From Macrostomum lignano (taxonomy: Eukaryota), in NCBI GenBank assembly GCA_002269645.1, contig NIVC01002893.1:1-64000 (forward strand): 64,000 nt of DNA, written 5' to 3'. Positions 25,962 through 43,800 of the stretch are shown piece by piece (position 1 is the stretch's first letter; the number at the start of each line of letters is the position of its first letter). The notes beneath the pieces are model-generated. The model saw nothing but the letters and a program-made list of their open reading frames with translations, searched no databases and was not told the DNA's origin. Position numbers and translations under genes: made by a program.

Positions 25962-26673
25962 TAGCGAGTAGAACTTCATCGGTTTTTTACAATGAACTTA
26001 AAGTTTTTCCAAAGCTTTGCCTACCAGCCGTTTCTAAGAAATTGCCTTGGTTAAGCAAATAGTGCGTAACATTTATTAACAATTATTATGCTAATAAAAT
26101 GGTTGATTGGTAAATTCAAGAATATACTTATACTGCCTATACTTTGGACTTGCATGTTTTCTTTCCCTTTAACTTGAATTTGAGAAAACTCTGGCTAGGT
26201 TGAGTAGCATAGTGGAGTAAATATTAATAATAACAAAAGTAGAAGAAAATGTCTCATCAAGTTGTACAACTGCATCCAACAGAGTTTTAAAAGCCTATCA
26301 CACATTTGACGCCATTTTCAAGTAGAAATTTGACATTCTAACGCTTAAAACCTTGCGTTAACAAACCGGTAAAAAACTAGCACATTATAAAAACTAAATG
26401 ACTAACACAGGTAGACTGCGGGTATTAAACGCTTTGAGATGGTAAAACCTAAAAAAAAACTCAGTTCAGTTCGAGTCCAACCTGGAAACACACAATGAAA
26501 CAAAATGAAAGTTGATGGGGTTGCAGAATAAAAGGAATTGCTCTGCGAAGGAGTATATTTGCGATAAAAATATCGAAGCCAAACACTGCGCTCAAGCGAC
26601 CGTGGACTATATTAAAACTAACGAGTGAGCTAGCGAGCTAGTTTGTTTAATTAATTTAACAGTAACTTTAGTC

Positions 26674-29600
26674 ATGCTGAGGCGAACCTTCTACACCTAC
26701 AGCACCTGGTTGCTTCGAGCGATAGTGCTGTTTAACGTGCTGTGCGCTGGGTTCCTGGGAGTTTATATCTTCTACTTCGACGCTTCAGTTGGTTGGACGA
26801 GCCGCGGCCTGCCACCTGATACTTCAGGTACGAGGGTTGTCTAGGTATGAGTGCTGTGTGTTGTTCAGCTACGAGGCTTGTTCAAGGTACGAGGATTGCT
26901 CAGGTACGGCAATTGTTACTTCAGGTACGAGGGTTGGTCAGCTACGAGGGTTGTTCACGGTAGGGTAAGAGCGTTGTTTAGGTAATATGGTTGTTAAGGT
27001 GCGAGGGTTTTTCAGCTTCGAGGGTTGCTCAGGTATGGCAGTTGTTTCTTCAGATACGAGGGTTGTTCAGCAACAAAGATTGCTCAGGCTACGAGTGTTC
27101 TTTCTTCCGGGTACGAAAATTGTTTATGTACGAGAAATGTTCAGGTACGAGAAATGTTCAGGTACGAGAGTTGTTCAGGTACGAGAGTTGTTCAGGTACG
27201 AGAGTTGTTCAGGTACGAGAGTTGTTCAGGTACGAGAGTTGTTCAGGTACGAGAGTTGTTCAGGTACGAGAGTTGTTCAGGTACGAGAGTTGTTCAGGTA
27301 TGACAATTTAGTTCGGATTTAGTTCATGCAGGTTGAAGCAATCCTGATACAAAATTGAATAAGGTTGCATGCCAAATGAAAGCCGCCTATCTGTCACCAA
27401 GTATTTCTACAAGATTCTTTCCAATTCGCCAAAAACCAATCTGGCAGGAAAAGCGGCAGCTGAAGGCGGGGACACAGGGGAGGCTGCGTCCAGTCGATGC
27501 AGCTTCTTGGACGGTGCGGAGGCAGCTCAGAGCGAGCATGAAGAAGCCTCTTTGCCAACGTCTGATGGCGGATCTAGCCGCGCGTTGAAGGTCTTCGTAG
27601 TGGAGGAGCACCACGAAGGTGAGACTTGGAGATGCATTCGGTATCGAATCTTCAATCTCAGCCACTCCTTTGCTCAGTGACAAACTTGCATGTACTTTTC
27701 CTGTTTCTAAAACATCCTCAACGAACTGATGAAGGTGCTCAACAGAGAAAAGATCTAATTGCTAATAAAATTTCAGTACTGCCCCTATGGTTTGAAGCCC
27801 ACAAAGAGGCGTCAATGCGAAACGGTTCGAGAATTCCTCCATTGACGCTGGTAAGCAATAAAATGTATGAGATGTCTGCCTGTCTGTCCGTCTGTCTTAG
27901 TGTCTGTCTGTCTGTTTATCTTTTTTGTCTGTCTGTTTGTTTGTCTGTCTCTCTGTCTTAATGTCTGTCTGTCTGTCTTAGTGTCTGTCTGTCTGTCTTA
28001 GTGTCTGTCTGTCTGTCTTAGTGTCTGTCTGTTTGTCTATCTGCCTATCTGTCTCAGTGTCTGTACCAAACCGCCACCATCAGGTGCACATTGACGGCCA
28101 CTCAGACGGAGCTCCGATCGTCCCAGACCGGCGGTATCCGTTTGCGGAAAAATTCGGCGGAAAGGAGCACATCAAGCTACTGATGACTTTTAACGACAAT
28201 TTCATAATGGGAGTAGTAAAAAAGTTGTTGCATACTCTAATCAACCACTTTAGACAAAGTCACTTTGGTGTGCGTTTTTTAACACAGACTCTCTGACAGC
28301 TTTTTACTGAGTCCGCAGGTTTCAGGCAAACAACGATTTGTCCGAATGTCCGAAAGAGGATGTCAACTTTGTCCGGAATGGAAGCGATGTATCTGTTGCT
28401 CGGCAATTGGCAATGAGTGCACGAGCATTGAATAATCAAATACCCAAATCTCTCTATCTGAATAGATCCTAATGAGATAATATAGGGTAGGTGGGAATCT
28501 CATGTCAACTTAAGCCCCCCCCCCCAGAATGGAAGCCGCAAACTATAGAGTGCTTGCATTGGATGCAGCAAAACTTAGGATCTGTATTGTCGGTCAGCTT
28601 CATTTTGCCTAGCCACCAGTGGAGCAAGATCTATAAATAAAATGTCGAGATCCGACACAATGCTATTCCCCTGGTCTTGCAGTGGGTATAAACTCTTCGA
28701 CAGACACTAAGAGAATTTTCTCTAAAATCACAGTTCAAGACGCTTTTTATCATTTACCTGTAACTCTTAGTCAATAATGACTAAACCAACTGCCCTAATG
28801 GAGGAACACCGCTACAAAAACTTTACAGGGGTCCAGGGTAGCTGGCCTGGTCTCCAACGGCTTGTGGCTCTACCCAGATTGGGTGGATTTCAACGACACG
28901 GGTGAGTCTGCCTTCTTGGAGAACTCCATGTTAGAGATCCATAGTATTAACACGAGACGGGTGCATTAATTCGGGATCTAAAGAACCTTGAGGGGTGGCA
29001 CTATTAGGTGTTCCTCCAAAGCAAAAAGACTATATGAAAAGCACCACAATGCCTAAAAATTAATTACCTGTGCAACGCTTCATCCCATACAGAGAGTGAC
29101 ATCTCAAGCACAGGCATTACGAGACTCAAAGGAACTCTGCAGGCCTGCAGATGCCCAGTGTACGAGCAGGACCGGTACCCATTGATGTCACCCACGATCA
29201 ACACCACCGACACCTGCTCATTGAGCATCCGGGCGGATATCGATCGGCCCATGTGGCTATTAAGAAACTTTTGCTTCTTCCTCAAAGGCCCGTTCCTGCA
29301 TGTGTTCGCCTCGGAGAGAAACATAACCGCCGATCTGCTCTCCGCCATCTTCGCCAGGAAGCTGCGCCTGCCGAAGGACCGTCCGGATGAGACAAAGTTC
29401 AACACGCTGTTCAACTCTGAGGATGAAGCCAACGATTACATTCTGGACATCGATGAGGATTACTTTGGGGTGCAGCTGGTCGCTCGTCAGCTGCTGAGCT
29501 CAGGAATCTCTCTGGACGTCGCTAGTAAACTTCGCAAACCTCTGGCGCAACTTTTCTGCCCAAAGTCGGTCCACGATGAAAAGAAGGCGGACTGCTGGTT

Positions 29601-30309
29601 CATCACAATGCTCGACGTTGTGACAACTTTCGCCGAAAAGTGCAACACAGGCGACGATGAAGATGGCTGCTCACCGGCTGCCATCGCCGACAAAGTTGCT
29701 CAAGACAAAGTGCTACTTGCTATTCTGAGCAAAGTGGCTTGTCCTGAGCTGCCCCGGGCGCAGCTGGTGTTCCTGACGCGGGAGGTGGCTTCCCTGCTCA
29801 CCAGCCTGAACAAGAAGCAACTGCAGGTCATGCAGAGTATCGGCCTGTGTCTCGGCATGTCGCTACGCACAAACTTTGATCCGTTGGATTCGTTGGCCGA
29901 AACGGTTACAGAAACGCCATCTGAAAAATCGTTCAACATTATGCGCGCAGTGAAGCTGTGCTTGGGTCACAATCTGCCTAACGAGTCCGCGGTGCAGGAG
30001 TTCCTGGATAATCAGGCAGGTGTGGACGCTCGACTCGAACGGATGACGCAGCTGCTGCGCCAGTTGCCGAAGACGCCCATCGCCGTGACCATCTGTCGCA
30101 GTATCAGAGACGGCTACTTGCCTCGACACCAGATGAGTTACGTCGAGAACGGCATCTTCAAAGCGTTGCGCGAAGTATTCGGCGAGATCAAAGTTGAGTA
30201 TGACGAGCAGCTGTTCCACGGCAAGGAGGGCTGGTACGAGTACAAGGCCCGGCAGCTGGGCGACGGGTTCCGGCCGGCAGGAACAAGATTTGAGGACAAT
30301 GGAAACTAA
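26674..30309 (+). CDS. UPF0489/C5orf22-family protein with signal anchor, paralog 2 (6 exons, ~604-605 aa)
   Basis: Exons 26674-26827, 27448-27618, 27777-27850, 28084-28209 (or -28212), 28829-28901, 29093-30309. Core exon sizes (74/126/73) and motifs match paralogs 1 and 3. The homologous exon-4 donor reads GG instead of GT. The first exon ([35 protein letters not shown]) is absent from the ORF track. Confidence 0.85.
26828..27300 (+). repeat. Degenerate-to-perfect 17-bp tandem repeat TCAGGTACGAGAGTTGT at the start of intron 1 of paralog 2
   Basis: About 8 perfect copies at 27160-27300 and degenerate copies back to the authentic donor TCAG|GTACGAG at 26827/26828. Confidence 0.9.
27875..28060. 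repeat. (TCTG)n microsatellite with TCTTAGTG interruptions in the homologous intron of paralog 2
   Basis: Direct reading. Confidence 0.9.
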
Positions 30310-30792
30310 TTTCTCCTAGGCATTTTGTCTGGCAGTCGAAGGTGCTTCTCGTTGAGAAAAACGTTATTGTGTAGTGTTCTAAATATAGTAGTTATCAGAC
30401 ATAATGTAATAAAAGACATATTTGTTGGTTATCGTAATATTTGGAACTTTAAAATTTGAGCTTTTCATTTGAACCCAGTATGGTTTTTTCATTTTAAGAA
30501 TGTTTTAAAGTAGAGACAATACTAAAATACTAAATAACTGCTCAAGAACTTACTCCTTAGGTTGAATCTCACAAAACATAAAGCGGCTTGGACCGTTTTG
30601 AGCTGTTTGGACTTTAATAAAAAGCTTGTCTGAGTGAAAAATTTTCATAGTAGAATCTTTGTTTGATCTGATAATGGCAGCGTGTTCTTTTCGTTCTGTT
30701 TTGTGCCATGTCTGGGGGACGCAGCTACTTAAACTTCATCAAGGCATCTATCTCACTGCAGCACCACGAAATGTGTTCGGCTTACCATCAGC

Positions 30793-31187
30793 GGGGTCGA
30801 TTTCACAAGCCCTAAATTTCACAACGCCTAAAATGGAGATACAATTTTTCTTATATATTCCTTCAACAATCTTTTTGTATCTCCATAGTGTTTTTAGGCG
30901 TTGTGAAATTTAGGTCTTGTTAAATTTAGGGCTTGTGAAATTTAGGGCTTGTGAAATTTAGGGCTTGTGAAATTCTGTACATGCCTTTTAGGTGTTATGA
31001 AATTTAGGGCTTGTGAAATTTAGGTGTTGTGAAAGGTTCTGTTTTCGACGTTGTGAAAATTAGGGTTCATGAAATATAGGTCTTATGAAAGGTTCTGTTT
31101 TCGACGTGAAAATTAGGGTTCATGAAATATAGGTCTTATGAAAGGTTCTGTTTTCGACGTGAAAATTAGGGTTTGTGAAACGACCCT
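30793..31187. mobile_element. Foldback/MITE-like non-autonomous DNA element with terminal inverted repeats and internal 16-bp sub-repeats
   Basis: Left end GGGGTCGATTTCACAAGCCCTAA is the inverse of right end TTAGGGTTTGTGAAACGACCCT. The inner inverted pair is AAATTTCACAACGCCTAAAA / TTTTAGGCGTTGTGAAATTT. Flanked by direct repeat CATCAGC (30786-30792, 31188-31194). Tandem TGAAATTTAGGGCTTG units lie in the right arm. Confidence 0.75.
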
Positions 31188-31664
31188 CATCAGCGCTGAC
31201 CTTTTCGACCCTGATGTTTCTGTGCGTGCATCGCGGATCTATGAAGCTTGCTAGTCGATATCTGCTTGCAAAGCTCAGTTTCTTTTACATTTCTTTACTG
31301 TCTTGGATCGCTACTATTGATATTCGTACGGATATCCAAATGGCACCATGCCACCAGAGCCGTTCAGCTGCAAGGGATCCTCGATCAGAATGGACATTCC
31401 TCAGATTCATTCCAGATGAAGTCGATCATAACCTTTCTGTGTGTACAACTGTTATTACTTCAGTTGAAAATTCTCGCAGCTCTGCAACGCTGTGCAAAGT
31501 AAAGCACAAAAAGATAAAAAAGACTTAAGTCACTGCAGTCTATACATCAGTCGTCCTTGAAATCAACTTAACTAAAACAAAATGGCTACAACTTCAATTC
31601 AGATTTTTTTAACTTGTATTAACTTGTTTTAACTTTTTTTCAGATTTTTCTGTTAACCCATAAA

Positions 31665-32235
31665 TTACCCAATGTTTGATATCGTGTGCAATAGTCTGTG
31701 CATGTTTTATATCGTGTGTAACGTGCTGTGCATGTTTTATATCGTGTGCAATGGTCTGTGCATGTTTGATATCGTGTGCAATGTGCTGTGCATGTTTTAT
31801 ATCGTGTGTAACGTGCTGTGCATGTTTTATATCGTGTGCAATGGTCTGTGCATGTTTGATATCGTGTGCAATGTGCTGTGCATGTTTTATATCGTGTGCA
31901 ATGGTCTGTGCATGTTTTATATCGTGTGTAACGTGCTGTGCATGTTTTATATCGTGTGCAATGGTCTGTGCATGTTTGATATCGTGTGCAATGGTCTGTG
32001 CATGTTTGATATCGTGTGCAATGGTCTGTGCATGTTTTATATCGTGTGTAACGTGCTGTGCATGTTTTATATCGTGTGCAATGGTCTGTGCATGTTTGAT
32101 ATCGTGTGCAATGGTCTGTGCATGTTTGATATCGTGTGCAATGGTCTGTGCATGTTTTATATCGTGTGCAGTGTGCTGTGGGTGTTTTATATCGTGTGTA
32201 ACGTGCTGTGCGTGTTTGACATCGTGTGCAATGTT
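31665..32235. repeat. Minisatellite, 30-bp unit (ATCGTGTGCAATGGTCTGTGCATGTTT(G/T)AT), ~19 copies
   Basis: Direct reading; the unit aligns with half-lines of the listing. Confidence 0.96.
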
Positions 32236-32642
32236 CATGTCAGATAACGCTTTTCCAAGTTATTCCGATCCAACGATGTATAGTTGCTCCAGCGTCATTT
32301 TGATGGACAATCAAACAAGTTTTACGCAATTAAGCTATTGGACGATAGAAAGGAAAAAATGAGACAATGATGAAGGGACACCCCTGCCATTTTCACTCAA
32401 GAATTATGACAAGACGAGTTCGGAAATGATAGACTCTAACTTTTTTCAACTTGACGCTGACTAAAAGCTCACAGAGCACGGCTAAACAGGTCTCTCAATA
32501 AGTGTACAAAGTAGAATAAATTTGCACTGGAAAGCCACAAAAAAACTAAACACGACGCTGAAACAACAGAGACTATATCAACGAGCTAGTGAGCTAGCGG
32601 AGCTGTTCTCCAAGTCAAACCATTGCCAACTTAAGTGTCGTC

Positions 32643-38687
<6,045 letters not shown>

Positions 38688-38904
38688 CATCAATCTTTGA
38701 CAGTCTTTTGCTTTTGCTGCTGGTTGGGTTTATTTGACCAACTATTTCGTCGATAATCTTTTTCTCGGTTAAAGGTCTATTTAAAGATTTGATGTCGGTT
38801 TATAGCTTAATCCAACGTATATTGAATGTCTAATCTTTACTGTACCAATACGGCATTGCTTTGTTTGTTTTCAATTATTTAACAATTTTCAACTGGTCAG
38901 TATA

Positions 38905-39225
38905 TGTGACGCCGAGTGCGGGCCTGCCCTCGTCGATGTGGCAGTGCAACTCGGCGCAGATCATGTGACTTGCCAGCTGGAGTCGCCAACGGCGCAGTAA
39001 GCTGCTTGAAAGGTGCCAACAGGGCGATACACTGCCGTATTTGTAACGACGCTAAAAAATACAGCGTGCCTTGCGTCAACCTGCTGTTCGAGCGAATCTG
39101 TCAGTGTCCAGGTCTCGGCGTTCCGAATGTGGCCTAAAATAACGCCGCCCTCTGGCGGTCAGACAGGGACTGCAGGACAGCCCTCACGGAAAGAAAGACA
39201 GCCCAGGCAAGCCCGGCAGCCTTGA
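38905..39225 (-). mobile_element. Decayed 3' fragment of an RTE-like non-LTR retrotransposon, related to the copy at 53120-53960
   Basis: 38945-39005 (AACTCGGCGCAGATCATGTGACTTGCCAGCTGGAGTCGCCAACGGCGCA) aligns to 53334-53390. 39153-39220 aligns to 53583-53655. There is an internal deletion between the two blocks. Confidence 0.7.
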
Positions 39226-39469
39226 GGCTCAGCAAGGACCTCTGTACGTAGTATACCAGAATACAAAACTCAAAGATCGTTTAATTTGTGGAGGCCAATT
39301 TCCTGGAAAAACACAGGAAAAAAAGTAAAAAAAAAATTTTTCATGCCATAATCAATGATTGCGTTTGATCTGGGGTAGTTAAGATTATCATTCTTTCAAT
39401 TTTGTATTCACAGCATGTTTTTTATTTCATAAGCAAAAAGTTGTGGCCCTTTGACACACCACTACTACG

Positions 39470-39870
39470 AACTCCGGGACAGTCGCTGACTGCGCCCGGC
39501 AGCTCAAGGCCAGTGGCAATACTGTGTGGCTGAAGTGGATCCAGGGCAGGCAGGGTTCCCGGGGAATGAATTGGCGGACACCCTCGACAGGAGGGGCGGA
39601 TCTGGCTCTTTCCTAGGCCTTTTTGAACCAAAACCGGAGGGAAAATCACGCCCACGTCATGACCCTTACCGGCAATGGTATCTCGCTAGGCACTCCTTCC
39701 TCCGAAGCGACCTCGAGAGTGAACTTTGCCCTTTTTTCGAGTGCGACTATGAAGATGCTTAGCACTTTGTTTGTCACTCACTGCCCTTTCTTTACCTGCA
39801 GAGACCGGCTACGCTACCTCGGGACGAACCCGTCTATTGACGAGGTCTGCCCAGCCTGACAGGATCCCAC
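39470..39870 (+). mobile_element. Decayed RNase H plus C-terminal Cys/His fragment of a retroelement ORF2
   Basis: Translation across a frameshift gives QLKASGNTVWLKWIQG.QG.PGNELADTLDRRG, matching the RNase H W(V/I)PGH.G..GNE.AD.LA motif. Downstream LCPFFECDYEDA*HFVCH resembles a zinc-knuckle-like C-terminus. Confidence 0.6.
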
Positions 39871-40846
39871 GGCTCATCCAGTTCCTTCGGGCGACTAGAC
39901 GAGCCACAATAATGTTCACAACTTTGGGCTCATGAAATAAAAAGAAAACAATATGAAAATGAAACATTCATTAGACAATTATATAAAATACAACAACGTA
40001 ACGTGTTTTGTATGCTAAATTAAAAGAATGGTACTCTTCACTTGATTGGCCTCCAAAATTTGCGTTATCAGTCGAATTTTACTTTCTATTATACAACAGT
40101 GGTCCTTGGTGCTTGTCTGTGAATGCGTTGTCCTGGGCTTTGGACATAGAGTTGGGATTAGGGTTAGAACAGGGTACGAGTTATTGGCACGCACAATGGA
40201 GTTGAACTATCAATGATTATAAGATAAAAGTTTTGTTTTAAAAACCTGCTTTGACTAGTGATTGTGATTTTTCTGGCAGCGGGAGCCTTCAGAACATTTC
40301 CAAGAAATCAAGTTTTGCGTCCCTCTACTTCGTATGTGTATTGATGGTCTTTCAAAAAACCGAGTACACGGATTCTTCAGACTAAAGAGCGACCAGAAAT
40401 ACGATTAACATATATGAAGTCGTTTTTTGAGAAGTGTTTTGTTAGAATACACTAGGAGCCATAAAAAGATTGCTCTGAGCGTTTAGTATGCTGAACCACG
40501 TTGAACTACATCCTCATGGAAGTGAGCTTATATGCAGGTGTGCAAATTAACACGAACAAGATTTTGAGCAGGTTTATTGGCACTCAATATTTTTGTTTAA
40601 TCTATTAACTCGCATGAAATAAACATTTTATGTTTTGGCTCCTAAAATTCAAAGTACAGAATCTATTTTGAAATTAAAAAAATCGCCATGTACTTATTAA
40701 GGTTACAAGCAGAAAATGTTTCTGGCTGGTCATTGGACTGTATGATTGGTTACTATACTATAATGTGGTTGCTACGTTAATGACTCAAGCGTTAAATCAT
40801 ACAACTCAATTAACTACAATGAGTCTCGAAGTTAACTAGCATTGCA

Positions 40847-43800
40847 TCACTCAGCGGCCCGTTTCTTCGGCATTTTGTAGCTGCGAATCCAGATCTCCGA
40901 CAAGCAGACGGACGAGTGGAACCTGAAGAATATGATCAACGGCAGGAAGATGTACTTCACAATGCTCCACGCCATCTTTCCAAAGTATCCGTTGGGAAAA
41001 TCTTCCGCAAATGTGCGCTTGGCTTCGAACACGGCCTCGATCCACATGGCCAGGTTGGCGATGAGCAGCCCGATGGTGAGTCCGCGGCCCGGCTTGTGGT
41101 TGTTCTCGACTAGCTCCAGGGTGATGCGCCTCTGGATGGCCTGCATGATGAACAGCGTCTGCGAGATGGACTGGACCACCTCCAGCACGGACTGCGGGTG
41201 GGGCGTTGGTTGGCGATTGGCTTCTGTGTCTCACACTTGCTTGTGTCTGACACTTGCTTGTGTCTGACACTTGATGCTTGTGTCTGACACTTGATGCTTG
41301 TGTCTGACACTTGATGCTTGTGTCTGACAATTGATGCTTGTGTCTGACACTTGATGCTTGTGTCTCTGACACTTGATGCTTGTGTCTGACACTTGATGCT
41401 TGTGTCTGACACTTGATGCTTGTGTCTGACACTTGATGCTTGTGTCTGACACTTGATGCTTGTGTCTGACACTTGATGCTTGTGTCTCTGACACTTGATG
41501 CTTGTGTGTGACACTTGATGCTTGTGTCTCTGACACTTGATGCTTGTGTCTGACACTTGATGCTTGTGTCTGACACTTGATGCTTGTGTCTGACACTTGA
41601 TGCTTGTGTCTGACACTTGATGCTTGTGTCTGACACTTGATGCTTGTGTCTGACACTTGATGCTTGTGTGTGACACTTGATGCTTGTGTGTGACACTTGA
41701 TGCTTGTGTGTGACACTTGATGCTTGTGTCTGACACTTGATGCTTGTGTCTGACACTTGATGCTTGTGTCTGACACTTGATGCTTGTGTCTCTGACACTT
41801 GACGCTTGTGTCTCTGACACTTGATGCTTGTGTCTGACACTTGATGCTTGTGTCTGACACTTGATGCTTGTGTGTGACACTTGATGCTTGTGTGTGACAC
41901 TTGATGCTTGTGTCTGAGACTTGATGCTTGTGTCTGAGACTTGATGCTTGTGTCTCTGACACTTGATGCTTGTGTCTCTGACACTTGATGCTTGTGTCTG
42001 ACACTTAATGCTTGTGTCTGACACTTGATGCTTGTGTCTGACACTTGACGCTTGTGTCTGACAATTGATGCTTGTGTCTGACACTTGATGCTTGTGTCTC
42101 TGACACTTGATGCTTGTGTCTGACACTTGATGCTTGTGTCTGACACTTGATGCTTGTGTCTGACACTTGATGCTTGTGTCTGACACTTGATGCTTGTGTC
42201 TGACACTTGATGCTTGTGTCTCTGACACTTGATGCTTGTGTGTGACACTTGATGCTTGTGTCTCTGACACTTGATGCTTGTGTCTGACACTTGATGCTTG
42301 TGTCTGACACTTGATGCTTGTGTCTGACACTTGATGCTTGTGTCTGACACTTGATGCTTGTGTCTGACACTTGATGCTTGTGTCTGACAATTGATGCTTG
42401 TGTGTGACACTTGATGCTTGTGTGTGACACTTGATGCTTGTGTGTGACACTTGATGCTTGTGTCTGACACTTGATGCTTGTGTCTGAGACTTGATGCTTG
42501 TGTCTGAGACTTGATGCTTGTGTCTGAGACTTGCATGATGCTTGTGTCTGACACTTGATGCTTGTGTCTGACACTTGATGCTTGTGTCTGACACTTGATG
42601 CTTGTGTCTGACACTTGATGCTTGTGTGTGACACTTGATGCTTGTGTCTCTGACACTTGACGCTTGTGTCTCTGACACTTGATGCTTGTGTCTGACACTT
42701 GATGCTTGTGTGTGACACTTGATGCTTGTGTCTGACACTTGATGCTTGTGTGTGACACTTGATGCTTGTGTCTGAGACTTGATGCTTGTGTCTGAGACTT
42801 GATGCTTGTGTCTGAGACTTGATGCTTGTGTCTGAGACTTGCATGATGCTTGTGTGTGACACTTGATGCTTGTGTGTGACACTTGATGCTTGTGTGTGAC
42901 ACTTGATGCTTGTGTCTGACAATTGATGCTTATGTGTGACACTTGATGCTTGTGTGTGACACTTGATGCTTGTGTCTGAGACTTGATGCTTGTGTCTGAG
43001 ACTTGATGCTTGTGTCTGAGACTTGATGCTTGTGTCTGAGACTTGATGCTTGTGTCTGAGACTTGCATGATGCTTGTGTGTGACGCTTGATGCTTGTGTG
43101 TGACACTTGATGCTTGTGTGTGACACTTGATGCTTGTCCCTGACACTTGATGCTTGTGTCTCTGACACTTGATGCTTGTGTGTGACAATTGATGCTTGTG
43201 TCTGACACTTGATGCTTGTCTCTGACACTTGACGCTTGTGTCTCTGACACTTGATTCTTGTGTCTGACACTTGATGCTTGTGTCTCTGACACTTGATGCT
43301 TGTGTTTGACACTTGATGCTTGTGTGTGACACTTGATGCTTGTGTGTGACACTTGATGCTTGTGTCTTAGACTTGATGCTTGTGTCTGAGTCTTGATGCT
43401 TGTGTCTGAGACTTGCATGATGCTTGTGTCTGACACTTGATGCTTGTGTGTGACACTTGATGCTTGTGTGTGACACTTGATGCTTGGGTCTGACAATTGA
43501 TGCTTGTGTGTGACACTTGATGCTTGTGTGTGACACTTGATGCTTGTGTGTGACGCTTGATGCTTGTGTGTGACACTTGATGCTTGTCCCTGACACTTGA
43601 TGCTTGTGTCTCTGACACTTGATGCTTGTGTGTGACAATTGATGCTTGTGTCTGACACTTGATGCTTGTCTCTGACACTTGATGCTTGTGTCTCTGACAC
43701 TTGATTCTTGTGTCTGACACTTGATGCTTGTATCTAACAGGTAGCGTCTCTGTCTAACCAATGATTCAAAAAGATAATTTTGCGAGACACGTGCCGTAAT

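Noticed and set aside
31609-32238. His-rich decapeptide-repeat ORF (AHDIKHAQTI)n
   Set aside because: Consists entirely of a 30-bp satellite with no unique domain; the opposite strand is also open in two frames. No support without expression data.
40851-43761. 683-883-aa ORFs overlapping the otopetrin last exon
   Set aside because: Read-through of the intronic 20-bp satellite.
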